From Camelus dromedarius (lineage: Eukaryota), in assembly GCF_036321535.1 (NCBI RefSeq), contig NC_087447.1:48920001-48984000 (forward strand): DNA of 64,000 nucleotides, written 5' to 3'. The notes beneath the pieces were generated by a model. It was not told where the DNA came from, made no database searches, and worked only from the letters and a program-made list of their open reading frames with translations. The translations under genes were made by a program, and so were the position numbers. Each line of letters opens with the position of its first letter. The first letter of the stretch is position 1. Below, in pieces: positions 51,121-64,000 of this stretch.

Positions 51121-53469
51121 TTCTCTGTGTGTGTATGTACGCAGCATTTAGCATATAGTGTGCTCTAATTAAATGTTAGCTGTTTTTATTTATTATAGAG
51201 GTTCTTCACTGATTACTACTACTACTATTATTTGTGGTCTTCTGCATTTCTATAAGGTAGGTTTGGCCAGTATTTTAATTTCCGTTTGATAGATGAGAAC
51301 AAGGCAAGGAGAACCTTTGGTATTTCTAAATACTCATTTTTTGCAAGCCCATAGGGGGGAAAATGGAATTTTTTTTTTGCTTTGCTGACATTTCTAGAGG
51401 GTGTTACTAAAATAGGAAATAGGATTAAATATTTAAGTTAATGTCACATTGGACCAATTCACAACCTATTATTCCTAACTGGTTTTGTGTTCAAGAGTTA
51501 CTTTGTTAACTATGTAAATTTTGAGCTTTTGGGCATGATGCCAGTTAATGTAGCAAAGTCCTGTTGGGGGAAAAAGTCACAGAGTGACTATTTAACATTG
51601 TATTCTTTTTTTTGTTGTTTACTGTTTTTCCCTTTTTGTTATGGTTTATTACAGGACATTGAATGTAGTTCCCTGTAGCATTTTGTATTCTTAAAGCATT
51701 AAATATTATTAATCTTAATCCAAGAGTAAGCTGATCTGTATCACTATTAATTTTGGTGAATGTAAGTTAGTACTCCACTTCTACCCCTGCCATTACCTTT
51801 TGCTCTCAAATGAGTCAAGACATAGTAAGATTTCAGTTAGTACCCTGAGTTCCTACTTGCTCTTATGTATGAACTTTGAGATTTCTTAATGAGTATCCCA
51901 AAGTGAACTTAACTTTTCATACATGTTTCAAAGCAGTTGGGGCATTATCTTTGGTTTTTTTTTTTTTTTTAATTTAATTTTATTTTTTATTGAAGTTTAG
52001 TCAGTTACAATGTATCAATTTCATAAATCAGACCAAACTACCATTTCTTTATCTCACCAACACCAGAGACAATTTTATAGTTACTATGCCACTCCACTGC
52101 TAAAATAGTTTACAAAGTGTTTTCATTCTTAGTATATTCATTTGATCTTCATAATTGCGTGTCATGATAGGTATTATTCTGATTTTACAGAAGAGGAAGT
52201 TAAGGCTAACTTATCCAAGACTCTGGAAGCTTCTAAGTTGGGGATTTGGCTTTTAATTTTGTAGTATTTACACTATATATTGAAGATGTTGAGCTCTTTG
52301 GACATTTTCTTCTAAATGTCAACAAGAACTATTTTAGAGAAAGCAAATTCTCCAACAGTAAGTAAAAATCAATCATTTTTACCAGGCTATCCCTAAAATA
52401 TTTTTGGTCCCTTAAGTTGGATAGTAGACTTATTAAAAGCCTGAATAAGATTATGCTACTTATGTTGCTCCCAAATAAAAATATTTAGTATCTTTAAAAG
52501 AAGACATGAGAAGAATCTTATACTTTGTACCAGAAGAAACTATGACAGAATTTGTTTTTGTATCTTGGCCTGAAGAATGTCCTTCCAAATATGATATAAG
52601 ATGCAGAGGCCACTAAAGGAGAAGCTTGATAGTATAACTACATAAAAATCACCGCTATAAGCAAAGTCAAGACATGATAAACTGGGAAAAGTATTGCTAT
52701 TCATCTGACATGAGGGTAATTTTCCTTACATAGAGAGAGCTTTAACAAATAAAGAAAAAGTTAATTCCAACAGGAGTAAAGGAGATGCATATACATTTTC
52801 TATCAAAGGAAATGCAAATTACTTAAACATATGAGAAGTACTCAATTTCACTCATAAAGTAAGTACATAAGATACAGAATTTCACCTATTAGACTGGCAA
52901 AGCTAAAATTTTCAGCACTCATTTTGCTGGAAAAGGTGTGAGGAAATGGCACTCTCATGCATCGCTGGTGGGACTGTAAGTCCGTATAGGCTTGAAGGGC
53001 AATTTGGTTTTGTCAGCATTACAGAAGCACATATTCTTTGACATAGCAATTCTGATTTCAGCAATTTATGGATATACTTGCAGACAAGCAAAATGATATA
53101 TATGTAAGATCTTTCATTATAAGGATTGTTTTAATAGTCTCTGGAGATTTAAACTCACCTGAATTTCTCTATCTTGGTCCTCCTTTTTATTCTTAGTATT
53201 AATTTGTCTTCTCTCTCTCCTTTTTTTCTTAACCAGTTTTAATACTTTTGTTTATTGGTCATCTCATAGTACCATGTGGAAAATAGAATCAGCCAGTGTT
53301 GTTAGCTTTAATCAGCAGAAATCTACTTTGGCAAATTTAAGCAGAAAAGCAATTTATTGAGAAAGAATATTGGGTAACCCAGGGTAATCAGCCAGGTAGC
53401 TAGAGAACATGGCTTGGGAAATGGCAGCTAAGATCCAAGAGCAAAGTCTGTATAATATGAGTTCTTTGA

Positions 53470-53830
53470 AATGTTTTTGCAACTTCTTTGTCACTTAGTG
53501 TATTTTCAATTGTTCCTTGTTTGCTTTCATATATATTTTGTTCATTGGGTTCATACATGTATATAAATATATATATTCAAGGTTGTTAATTTTATTGTTC
53601 AATTTTTCTGTATTTTTATTACCTTTTGATCTGCCTGATCTGTTTTTAATTGTGGTATGTTAAAATTTTTTACCATAATTTTGGATATATTAATTTCTCT
53701 TATTTTTTGCTCTGTTGTAGGTTCATACAAGTTCATAATTATTGTATCTTCTTGATGGGTTGCCTTTTTCATCATTATGTAATATCTCTCTTTGTTCCTG
53801 TTATTTCTATTTCTCTTAAATTTGCCATGT
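53470..53830 (-). mobile_element. L1 ORF2 endonuclease-domain remnant
   Basis: ORF 53599..53853 NKERYYIMMKKATHQEDTIIMNLYEP resembles L1 EN DKEGHYIMIKGSIHQEDITILNIYAP. Confidence 0.75.
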
Positions 53831-55439
53831 ACTATTTCTGTGGCCTTGGGCAAGTCATTAACCTCTCATTTTCCTTATTGTAAAATGAATAAAATACCTG
53901 CTTTATAAAGTTTCTGTGACAATTCACTGGGAAAATAGATATGAAGTACCTGCCATGTAATAGTTTCTCTATAAATGGATTAAAAGTTCTTTTTTGCCTT
54001 AAGGGCTTTGTTTTACCCTCCCTTCTTTCCCTCTTCTTTTAAAGCAGCTACTTTTAAATACTATTTGCCTGTAAGTAGAAATGTGCTTAGGGATATGATT
54101 AAAATACTCATCAGGCCTTTTTTTTTTTTTAAGTAGTGAAGGTGATGGAGTGTTTGTCTCCCAAACCCAGGGTCTAACAATTCTCTAGTGCTTGGAGTTC
54201 TGCTTCTCTAGAGCTTTAAGTTAATTTTCTGCATCTGCATTAGGTCCAATGTTTCTGAGTATCTTCCACATTCTCTGGTGCATATGAGTCTTTCTAAAAT
54301 AGTTGAGATGAATAAAAAATTAAAAAATAAAATAGTTGAGACAACTGAAAAAAGGACAGAAGTCAACTTTTTGAGGAGCTTACTTTTATGCAACAAATAT
54401 CAACCTGAATGGGATATAGAGTTATTAGTAAGTCTTAAAATAAATACTATGCTTAAATCACTGAATATACATAGGGTATATAGAAGTGTCATGAACATTT
54501 AAGGAAGCAGAAGTGTGTACTTTCTCCTTTTTGATAGCATTTAGGACTTATCTTTTATTCCTGTTCTTAACTTGGATTTTTATCATCTCTTTATATAACC
54601 AGTGTGTATTTTGTGCCTCCTGTGTGCCTGGATATCTCAGATTTAAAACTATATATAGAGAAGGGGAGAAAACAGAATTTCAACCGAAAAAACAGTATAA
54701 AAAGTTTAAAAGTATATGGCATTTATATATTGTAACCAGATAGTCAAGAGTTAAAAGATACAGGACTTTAGAAAGATAAAGTTGTGATCGGTCTCTGGAG
54801 AACCATGAGTGACATATTGAAGAGTTTTGACTTTATACTATAAGCTGATCAAAGCCACTGAAGGCTTTGAGGATAAAAATTCAAGTTATGTACAGAAAAT
54901 ATTTATAGATTACATGTAGGAAAATATTCTGGTGCAGTGTTGAAAAAGAAATAGAAATAGTATTATGAGTAAAACTTTAGCTAATTTAAAATATTGCTTG
55001 GTAACACTGAACTAAAACTACACAGTTTTCCTTGAGGTCTTTTAACATGGTACTTTATCAGTGAGAGCCTTCTAAACTACTCTGGATGAAATATATTTTT
55101 TCTTCCATTCTACGTTTATTTTCCTCCATAGCCCCTAGTACTGCCAGTTGTATTAACACATACACGCTTGCTTGTTTATTGTCTGTTCCATCCACAAGAT
55201 TGTAAGCCCCATGATAGCAAGGACTTTATTTGTTCAGTGCTCCTCCCTGGTGCTTAGAACTGTGCCTGGCTTATACCCTTTAATAAATATTTGTTAAATG
55301 AATGAATGAATAAATGAATATGCAAATTAATGACCACAGTTTTTATGTGGTTTATGATGTGGGGGCAACAGTAGGACAAGATCTTGGTTCCTTCCTAGAA
55401 AGTTTTGTTAAAAAGTGTTTTCCTTTCCCTTTTCTCCAG

Positions 55440-55513
55440 AGTTTATATTCAGAGCACCAATCAAATTAAGCAAGCCTGGGGAACTTTGTGAGGAATATGA
55501 AAGCCTGAGAAAG
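55440..55513 (+). CDS. RNF169: RNF169 coding exon 2 (74 bp)
   Basis: Strong acceptor tttcctttcccttttctccag|, donor AAG|gtatag. Encodes (E)FIFRAPIKLSKPGELCEEYESLRK, matching RNF169 and the RNF168-like SKPGEL.EEYE segment (502+74=576 nt). Confidence 0.96.
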
Positions 55514-57139
55514 GTATAGTATACATATTATTACTGCCATTCATTTTCTTAAAGTAGATGGCAATAATGACATTAAAGAATGCTTAGTGGAGATTTTGAT
55601 TTACTAGGGGTTTTTAAAATTTACAATGCAGAGCCTGTCTTTTTCCACTCCACCTTTTACTGGTCCAGTTAGATTTTGTAGCTATAATGGAAGTAGAGTA
55701 AACCTTAACTAAGAACTCCTTTTTAGCTGTCCTTTCAAAGATGAAAATGTAGCTCACAGGGCCTGTCACATACCTGTTGCAAAACTGGCCACCAAGAGGT
55801 ATTCTTGGCATTTAATTGTTAATTAAAAGCTAGCATTTAAGCTTTAATAATAATAGCTTGTATTATTTTTCCTTATCTTGCAAGATTCCTCTAATTACAA
55901 GAAGCTGGTATTATCTTTTATTGCTTTCACTCTATTAAGAACTCCAGAAGAATGTAACTTAGGCCATTAAGGGGGTAGTGGAATAATTTTCGTTTACCAT
56001 TGGGAAAGCTTTTAGCTTGTCCACATCATCTTTTTTTGATGTTTTCAAGCTAATTGTCTAGAAATCATTTGGGAGAATTAAGACTTGAAAAAGGCTCCTA
56101 ATAAGAAGTATACTATAAGATTTGTGTCGTCCTTCCCTTGCACTCTCCCTCACCACCATCCCCTACCCACGTTCATAAATGATTAGATAATCATTCTACA
56201 TGTAGATATTTATTTAATACTTTATACAGGCAAATAATCCACTTCTCTGAATCAGACAACATCATGAAAGAGGTGAGACAATAACATTATTGTGGCATTC
56301 TAGACTGAATGAAAAATATAGGTATTTAATAAGGTCATGTTAAAGAGAAAAGATTAGAAAACTGCTTAATGACTGTGTATTCTTTGACCTCGTTTAAATG
56401 GGGGTGTTACATGTTGACTTGGGTTGACTTTTATGTTGTTATTGTGAAGTTTTTTTTGGTTTTTGTTTTAAATCACTTACAAAGCTTGTTTCTACATAGA
56501 AAGAAATTATTCTCAGGGGACACATCAAAAGAACCAAAGTTCTCAAATAAAATTTCAGAATATGCAGATATTTAGTTTCAATGTAACTTTTCAGAAGCTT
56601 GGAGAATATGGAAAATTTAAAGCTATCAGCTTAAAGGTAAAGAAAAAAACAAGGAGTTGGAAGTAGGAAAAAGTGGTAAAGCAGAAGGCACAGTGAGCAT
56701 AGAGGCCTTTTCACGCTAATGGGAAAGACAGTAAATAAGCAAACAACCATTCAATATATATTAATAAAATAGAATAAGAAGAGTTATAGGTGAGTGGAAG
56801 GGAAACTTGAGACATAAAAGGACTGTTTTTTGAGAGATGGCAACATCTGAGTTGCTACCTGAAAGAAGCGAAGGAGCAAGCCAAGTAAAGGTATGAGGTT
56901 TGGCTGAATCTGAGCGTGCAGGTGTTGGGTGGAAGCGGGGAATGGGGATTTGGTAAGACATGGGCTGGGAGAGTTAAGAAGGCCAGATCAAAGAAGGCCT
57001 AGTTATCTGGTAAGGGGCCTAAACTTATTTTAAATGTGTTGGGAAGCCAGTAATATGATCTGACTTACACTTTTAAAAAGGTCTGTGATTGCTGTGTGGG
57101 GAATAAACTGTAATGGGCCTAGGAATTAAGAATAGTAGA

Positions 57140-57595
57140 GACCCAAAATTTATGACTCAAATAAATTAGGAGTTTTATTTTTCTCAAGCAACAAAAAAAA
57201 AACTGGAGACAGGCTATCCAGGTCTGATATGGCAGCTCCATGACATCAGGGGATCAGGCTCTCTCTCTTTTTTTTTTAAATTTAGACGTCTTCAAGTGTG
57301 CCTGTCTCCCGTGTGGTGTGGAATGGATGTCCTTCTCTAGAATCACATCTAGACAGAAGGCTGAGGCAGAAGGGTGTATGTCAGCTGTATTGGGTCTTTT
57401 AAAGAGCTTTCTCCAAAGTCCCACTCAGTGACTTCACCTATTTTTATAGTTCGCTGTCACAGACTTCCTTTAGCTGCCGGGGAGTCTGGGAAGCATAGTG
57501 TTTTAGCTGGGTACATTAACTTCCTAAGTAAAGTCAGGGTTCTTTTAGTAAGGAATGAAAGAATGGATATTGGATAGGCAGCTAGCTGTCTCTGC
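57140..57595 (-). mobile_element. Old MaLR LTR (MLT1J/K-like)
   Basis: Typical tagctgccggggagtctgggaagcatagt...gaatggatattggataggcagctagc. Confidence 0.55.
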
Positions 57596-60069
57596 ATCAT
57601 GGTACAAGAATGGAAATAAGACTAATTAGGACACTTCTGGAGTAAGCAATGTGTTGAGTTTAACCAAGGTTAGGGTTTTGCCAGAAGTGTGATCGAGGGA
57701 GAGGTGCAGTGGACTTGAAGATGTAACAAGGAAGTTGTTTTAGTTTTGGACCATGGTTATTTAAGGAGGTTATTTAAGGAAGGAGTTGAGGGCATGAGGG
57801 ACGCATGGACAGTAAGAGTGGGAGAGTCAATGGACTGGAACTTTTGATGGTGATACGGAATTGTAAAAGTAGGGTCACTAGCATACAAGTAAAGTTGAAA
57901 AGCTAGGAAGTGGTGAGAGGCTTAAAATTGAGACTTGGAGGTGGTTTAGTTGTTGAATGTGACAAGGTTTGGGTTATGACTGTGGGAGAGATAACTGAAG
58001 TAGGATGGAAGATTTATTTAGAAGGAAGTGAAGAAACAGATTATACTGATACTGAAATCTTCAGAAATGATCACTGGAGTGGCTGCGCAGAAACTTAGAT
58101 GCGAAGTTTTTCTGTGAATAAGGGGAGCTGACAGACGGGTAGATAGGTGACTGCAAAGAGGGACTGTGGGTATTATAGTCTGATGGTAAATACTTCAAAC
58201 AAGCTAGGAATTTTGAGGAATAATATCTATTCTGTAACTTAAAAAAATTTTTTTACTAACAATGTGGTTTTGTTGGTGGGGGTTGGGGGTACTTTCATAT
58301 AGATACTTTTAAATTCTAAATGATATTTCATAGTATGGATGAGGCATAATCCACTTAACCATTCTATTATCATTTAAATAATCTGCTGATTATTTAAATT
58401 GTTTCCCATTTTCCCCAACAGTGAAGAGATTTTGCACTAAACATACATGAACGTATCTAAGCAAATGCTTCCTTTAGGTTAGAGTCCTAGAAGTGAAAGT
58501 GCAGGGTAAATGGTATATACATTTTGTATTTTGGTGGATATAACAAACTGCCTTTAAAAAAGACTTTTTCAACTTAACCCTCTCACCAACAGTAAAAGAG
58601 TTCCTTTACTTTAAATCTTTGCCAAACCTTTATCATTATTTTTAATATTCTACTGTCTGCTGGATAAAATATCTCATTGTTTTAATTTACACTGCCCTGA
58701 CTACTAGAGAGGAGCATCTTGTGCTTACTGGTCGTTTTCTGTGAATTCCCTGCTTATAACCTTTAGATGTGGAAGCTCATTCCACAAATACCTTTTGGGT
58801 ATTTGTGATCTTGATTGCTAATGGCATGCTATTTTGTTGTTGTTTTTCTGTGCTTTTATAGATGTATTCTATTAAAAAGAAGTTTTCTGACACAGGGTTT
58901 TAAGTGGAAGGAGAGTATTAGCATGTGTTCAGTTCTTCATTTGGGCTACACTGATTGAGGGAAGAATTTTGTTGTATTCATTCTTGAATGTAGATATTTT
59001 TGTCTGCAGTAAATATACATTGAAGTGAAAAAATAATTTTTAGGGAGAAATTATTTCAATATTGATCTCTTCATGGTTCTAATCTATGTAAGATTGTTAG
59101 TTACTTTGTCTTTTAAAACAATTGATGCGTTGCTGTAAGTTCTGTTTATTGGTTGCATTAAGCCTATTATTTACACCATTATTTCTTCTGCTTATTTGTT
59201 AAGTGCTTCACTTTGACTACATGGTTAAGTAATAGTTGCTCTATGTTATAGTTGGGAAACATGATCCATCATGCTTTTGTTTGTCTTCTTTGAATCATTA
59301 GACAGAAAGGTTGAAGGTGGTGGGGGGGATAGTCTTTTTGCTTCTAGACTGCTTTTCTCCCTGGTTTCTATAGTGGGAAAGATGAATTGCTTTTGATAAT
59401 TCTGTGGATCACATGAATGGTTTAGGCTTTCTCTGAATTAGTTTACTGACCTATCCATTTTCTTTTATTCTCCCTCACCACTGTTTTTGGTGGAGAATTT
59501 GTTTTTGAGGAGAATTTTCTCCCCATTGCTGGCTGAATTATTCAAGTAGTAAGCATTGCAGTTCTTAGTCCTTAGCCAGAGCATAGAGTAATCAGATATA
59601 GTCAGTGGGTTACTGAAGTGAGTAATGACTCTATAAGGCAGACATTAACTTTTCTGAAGGAATTTTTTTTCAAGGTAAGTAAACTTTTAGGGCCTAATTA
59701 TCTTTGAAATTATATATCTTTATGTTTCCTTTTATTATCTTTTTGCATGAACTGTTAAATATAATGTACTTTATTAAAACTTGAACGTTCCACGTAAGTC
59801 TGTTTGGCTATGCAATGCATCATGAGCTGAATGCTGAGCTGGCCTTTCCCTTATTTTTTAAATTTATTAATTTTAAAAGAAGCTTGTATTTACTTAAATA
59901 TGTTCTGTAACACCATGGAAGCAGCAGGTTGTTTGCGTGTTGAAAAAAATTTTTCCCAGTTAGATTGTAAAATCTTTCAAGATGGATGTGTTTTAGTCTC
60001 TTTAACTCTCCACCACATCTGATATAATATCTTGCACTTACATATTTTTTTTTACTAGCAAATGCTTTA

Positions 60070-60350
60070 CTTTATTTTTTTTAACATTTTTTATTGATTT
60101 ATAATCATTTTACAATGTTGTGTCAAATTCCAGTGTTCAGCACAATTTTTCAGTCATACATGGACATATACACACTCATTGTCACATTTTTTTCTCTGTG
60201 AGCTACCATAATGTTTTGTGTATGTTTCCCTGTGCTGTACAGTATAATCTTGTTTATCTATTTTACAATTTTGAAATCCCAGTCTATCCCTTCCCACCCT
60301 CCGCCCCCCTGGCAACCACAAGTCTGTATTTCTATTTCTGTCCTGTATTT
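60070..60350 (-). mobile_element. Lineage-specific L1 3' end
   Basis: ttttattgatttataatcattttacaatgttgtgtcaaattccagtg...ggcaaccacaagtctgta is an L1 3'UTR with a poly(A) tail. Confidence 0.75.
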
Positions 60351-61333
60351 ATGCTTTGTTTTTGTTTGTTTGTTTGTTTGTTTACATATTTATTACATAC
60401 TGATTGAATTGAGTTGTTGATCATCCAGTTTTAAAGCCCCTTCTTTTAGAGAAATGACTTGAGCAGGGATATACAGCTGTCTCATGATAGAACTAGATGT
60501 ATTTTAAGATTTCTAGAGTTCTTTTTACCATATTATTTTCTCTTTTTTTCTTCTTCATCTGAAATGTTAATATGTAATCTTTGAGGAAATGCCTGCTTTT
60601 GGCATGTGCTGATGCACCTCTTTCTTGAAAAAGAAATAAATATAGAATCTCTTAATACATCTTTAAGAGCAGATAAGCTGTATGGTCCTAAGAAGGAAAA
60701 ACTCTCAAAAGAGTATGTTTTAATTTTGACTGCATGAGGGAAGAACTTGTTACCTTTTAGGATGTTCAAAATCTGGAAATGTTCACCTAGTTTTTTTCTT
60801 CTTTTGCTATTTACAGCCACCCAGATGAGGAAAAACAACTTTATCAAGTAATGTGCTTTTCAAAGAAAAACAACATAATTTGGGAAATTCAAAGCATGAT
60901 CAAATTTAATTAGAATAGCAGGTTATTTAGATTACATCTGCAATGTGCTGTTTTTCCTTGTTTCTTTTATTTATGAGAGATGATCAGTAGTTATAAAATT
61001 ACTATATTAGTATAATAGTTTATGTGGTTTAGAGACTAATTTAAATAAAATCATTTCAGTACTACTTGAAAACCAAACTAGGGTATTTTCTAGAAATAGT
61101 TGCAACTCTTCTGTCTCTAGTTTAAAATAAAATATTTTGTTAAAATATCTGATTAGTGAGACTTTTAGTAAATTTAATTAGCTTTATTTTTTCTTACTTA
61201 TAAAACTAAGCAGAATTGTAAAATACTGTGAGTTGTAAAAAGAAGAAAAGTTCAAGTTATAAAAAGACTTCAAGGAGAAAGGGAAAATTACCAGTAATCC
61301 TGCCACCTAATAACCATATTTAAATGCTTATCA

Positions 61334-62630
61334 TTTTTTCTAGTAAAATTATTTTACTTGGTTATAATACCAATCTCCAGTAGCTTGAAATAAAAACTTC
61401 CATGGTCTCCAGTTGAACTTTATGCCATTTTCTTTTAGAATGTCCTGTTTTTATTAAAATAATGTCTAAACCACTCTATGTATTCAACCTTCTTAACACT
61501 CAGATATGGGCTTTTGGAAAGGGCACAGGTCACCAGCTCCATGAAGTGGCTAATTGGTCCTTGTTTCGGAAAATCCTTTAGGTATTTATCGAGAAATATA
61601 TGTTTGTGAAATTCTGAACCATTGTCATTAAAACCTGCTTCATTGCTAATTAGAAACTCCTAGAGTTTCCCCTCTTTTGTCTACTGGATCATCTCTTCAG
61701 AACTGTTTTGGAAGGGCTATTCACTGACTGCAGCTAAATGCTTAGCAAATTCCACATCCCAAAGTGAAGGTGCTGTCTCTGTGTTTCAGATGCCTCTTTG
61801 ATAACTGCCTTAAGCTCAAGTATTTATCTCTTCTCTTTGGATATATTTTGCCTAAAACTTTTTCTAAGATCAACGGTCTTCTCATGGCCAACATAATCAT
61901 CAGCTCCTTCATCAAACTGAATCTGATGCACTGATCTCGTACTAACTCTATCTGTGGCAGATCTGGCAACTTTCGTAGCTGACATGATGTTACTGAAACT
62001 AATTTTAGGTCTTTCTCCATCTTTCTGTGCCCTTGAGTCTTCCTTGTGCTGTTGGATCTCCCCGAGCAGCTCTGACTTGGTGGTCTGCTTGTCAAAAGGG
62101 AGGGAGTCTGCAACAGCAGATGCAGCTGCCACTAGCTTAGAACTCAGGGACTCACTTCTCTTTTTGGGGGCATCTTCTGGGCTTTTGGAAGTCTGCCAGT
62201 TGCAGCCTCCAAACGTTTAAGTTGTCTTCTGTTGGGTGGCTTTGTTGTTTGTACATTTACTGTGCTTAATTCAACTTTCATGTCCTTAATAATATTTATC
62301 AAGTCTTTTTTCTTATTCTCATTTACACTGTCTTGGCTCTCTCTCTCTCCTTGGAAATCTCATGGGTTGGAGCAGAATGCTCATCTTTCTTGCGATAGAT
62401 CATGCTATTAGTGCCAAAATATCTCCTGATATTATTTTTTTGTTCTGACCATTCCATATAGAGAAGTGAGTAACACAGTCACAGCCAACAATTCCTCTGG
62501 GCCTCCAGAGTGCAAAGGGAGGCAGGAAAGGGGGCAAAGAGATAGGATTCCCTAGACACTTGGAAACATCATGGAGAAACAAACTGAACTGGGAAACAAT
62601 GGGGATAGAGCAAATGTCCCCCACCCCCAT
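61334..62630 (-). pseudogene. MRPS31: Processed pseudogene of mitochondrial ribosomal protein S31 (MRPS31/mS31), antisense in RNF169 intron 2
   Basis: Intronless and full length from the ATG at 62569 (MFPSV*) through [42 protein letters not shown] and [25 protein letters not shown] to ...GIKFN at about 61412. Multiple premature TAGs (first at 62552-62554) and frameshifts. Short 3'UTR and a poly(A) remnant (T6 at 61334-61339 on the plus strand). Confidence 0.93.
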
Positions 62631-63395
62631 TATACTAAGTGAGATACGTCAGAGAAAGACCAGTACTGTATGATTTTACTTATATGTGGAAACTAAAAGG
62701 CAAAACAAATGAACAAACATAACAAAATAGAAACAGAATTATAAATACAGAGAACCCCTCCGGTGGTTGGTTGCCAGAGGGGAAAGGGTAGGAAAGAAAT
62801 AGATGAGGGAGATTAAGACGTATAAATTTCCAGTTGCAAAACAAGTGAGTCAGGAGTATGAAATGTACAGTGTGGGGACTATAGTCAATAGCTATGTAAT
62901 ATCTTTGTAAGGTGGCAGATTGTAACTAGACTTATCATGGTGATCATGTTGAGTATAGAAATATTCAATTACTGCATTGTTAACAGGAAATAACATAGTG
63001 TTGTAGGTCAGTTATACTTCAGAAACAAACTCACTCATAGAAAAAAAAGATCAGATTTGTGGTTACGAGTTAGAAGGTGCGGGGAGAGGGAATTGAGTGA
63101 AGACAGTCAAAAAGTACAAACTTCCAAGTTATAAATAAGTACTAGGGATGCAGTGTACAACATTTTAAATACAGTTAACACTGCTGTATGTTGTACATGA
63201 AAGTTGTTAAGAGTAAATCCTAAGAGTTAAAAATTTTTTCTATTTAGTTTTGTGTCTGTATGAGATGATGAATGTTCACTAAGCTTATTATGATAATCAT
63301 TTCATGATGTATGTAAGTCATATCATCATGCTGTACCCCTTAAACTTGTACAGTGCTGTATGTCAATTGTATCTTGATAAAACTGGGAGGAAAAA
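62631..63395 (+). mobile_element. 5'-truncated L1 with a composite (two-module) 3'UTR
   Basis: Begins at the ORF2-end motif tatactaagtgagata.gtcagagaaagac. Two successive 3'UTR modules, ending gtcaattgtatcttgataaaactgggaggaaaaa. Confidence 0.8.
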
Positions 63396-64000
63396 TATAT
63401 CTATCATAAATTTAAGCTTGACTTTTTACACAGTATATTTAGGGTCACACTATACATGCCATTTTTACTAACCTTTTTATTTAGCATATCAGATGAAGCT
63501 TTCCATATCAATATCCAAGCCAGCAGTTTTGATGGCTGTATAGAATAACAGAAAATATCTTTGTAATATATCACATGCATGCCGATATCTTCCTTAAAGC
63601 CTAACCATTTAAGAATCAGAAGTAACATTTAAAAATGTGATGTTTAAAAAAAGATTCCATAAAATAATTTTTAAAGTGTCCTATCTCTATTCAAATTTGT
63701 GTAAAAATTCACACGTAATCTACTTTCAGTAAAATTGCAAGCTTGGTTGTATTCTTCTGGAATTCAAATGAGAGTTTAAAGCCTCATGTGCTGCTTACAT
63801 CTGAGAGGCAACTTTTTTGTTTATCTCAGACTTTAAAACAAAACTGCAGATGCTTGATAAATCACAATACAGATGGTGTGGCTATTTTGCCCTAACCTGA
63901 GAGACAGGGCGTTATAGTGCTTAGGAGCCAACTGTCTGAGTTCAGATCCTGGCTCTACATGTGAATTTGGGCAAGTTAGTTCATCTCTCCATGTCTTAGT

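Noticed and set aside
55785..55802. CTCF-like TGGCCACCAAGAGGTATT
   Set aside because: It mismatches at core positions, so it is too weak to call.
60790..60853. Strong acceptor (ttacag at 60816) as RNF169 exon 3
   Set aside because: The sequence does not encode the expected LREEKLQEEK continuation. The putative 31-nt exon has a weak donor and would frameshift.
61742..62132. ORFs of 102 and 123 aa as a functional MRPS31 gene
   Set aside because: They are fragments of a retrocopy with a stop at codon 6, further stops and frameshifts.
1..64000. CRISPR arrays, operons, rRNA or other prokaryote-type systems
   Set aside because: The window is spliced, repeat-rich mammalian DNA, and I saw no regularly spaced repeat-spacer array.

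Overview
This is mammalian genomic DNA, very likely camelid (alpaca, llama or camel), judged from two tRNA-derived Vic-1-like SINEs. Two genes point away from each other. CHRDL2 (chordin-like 2, a BMP antagonist) is on the minus strand: coding exon 1 at 14733-14814, exon 2 at 3790-3902, and the start of exon 3 at 1-59. RNF169 (RING protein, RNF168 paralogue) is on the plus strand: coding exon 1 at 29711-30212 and exon 2 at 55440-55513; exon 3 lies beyond the window. Each gene has its own CpG-island promoter, and a strong CTCF motif lies between them. RNF169 intron 2 carries a full-length, disabled, antisense processed pseudogene of MRPS31, joined head-to-head with an L1 3' end. The rest is mostly L1, L2, MIR, LTR and DNA-transposon remnants, often nested. 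Almost all ORFs in the supplied track are non-coding noise. I found no convincing new multi-gene system. The best leads are a candidate recursive splice site or poison exon in RNF169 intron 1, an exon-like E-box cluster in CHRDL2 intron 1 that shares 15 nt with exon 1, and the retrocopy/L1 junction. Gene and repeat names come from recalled sequences, not from searches, and repeat boundaries are approximate.
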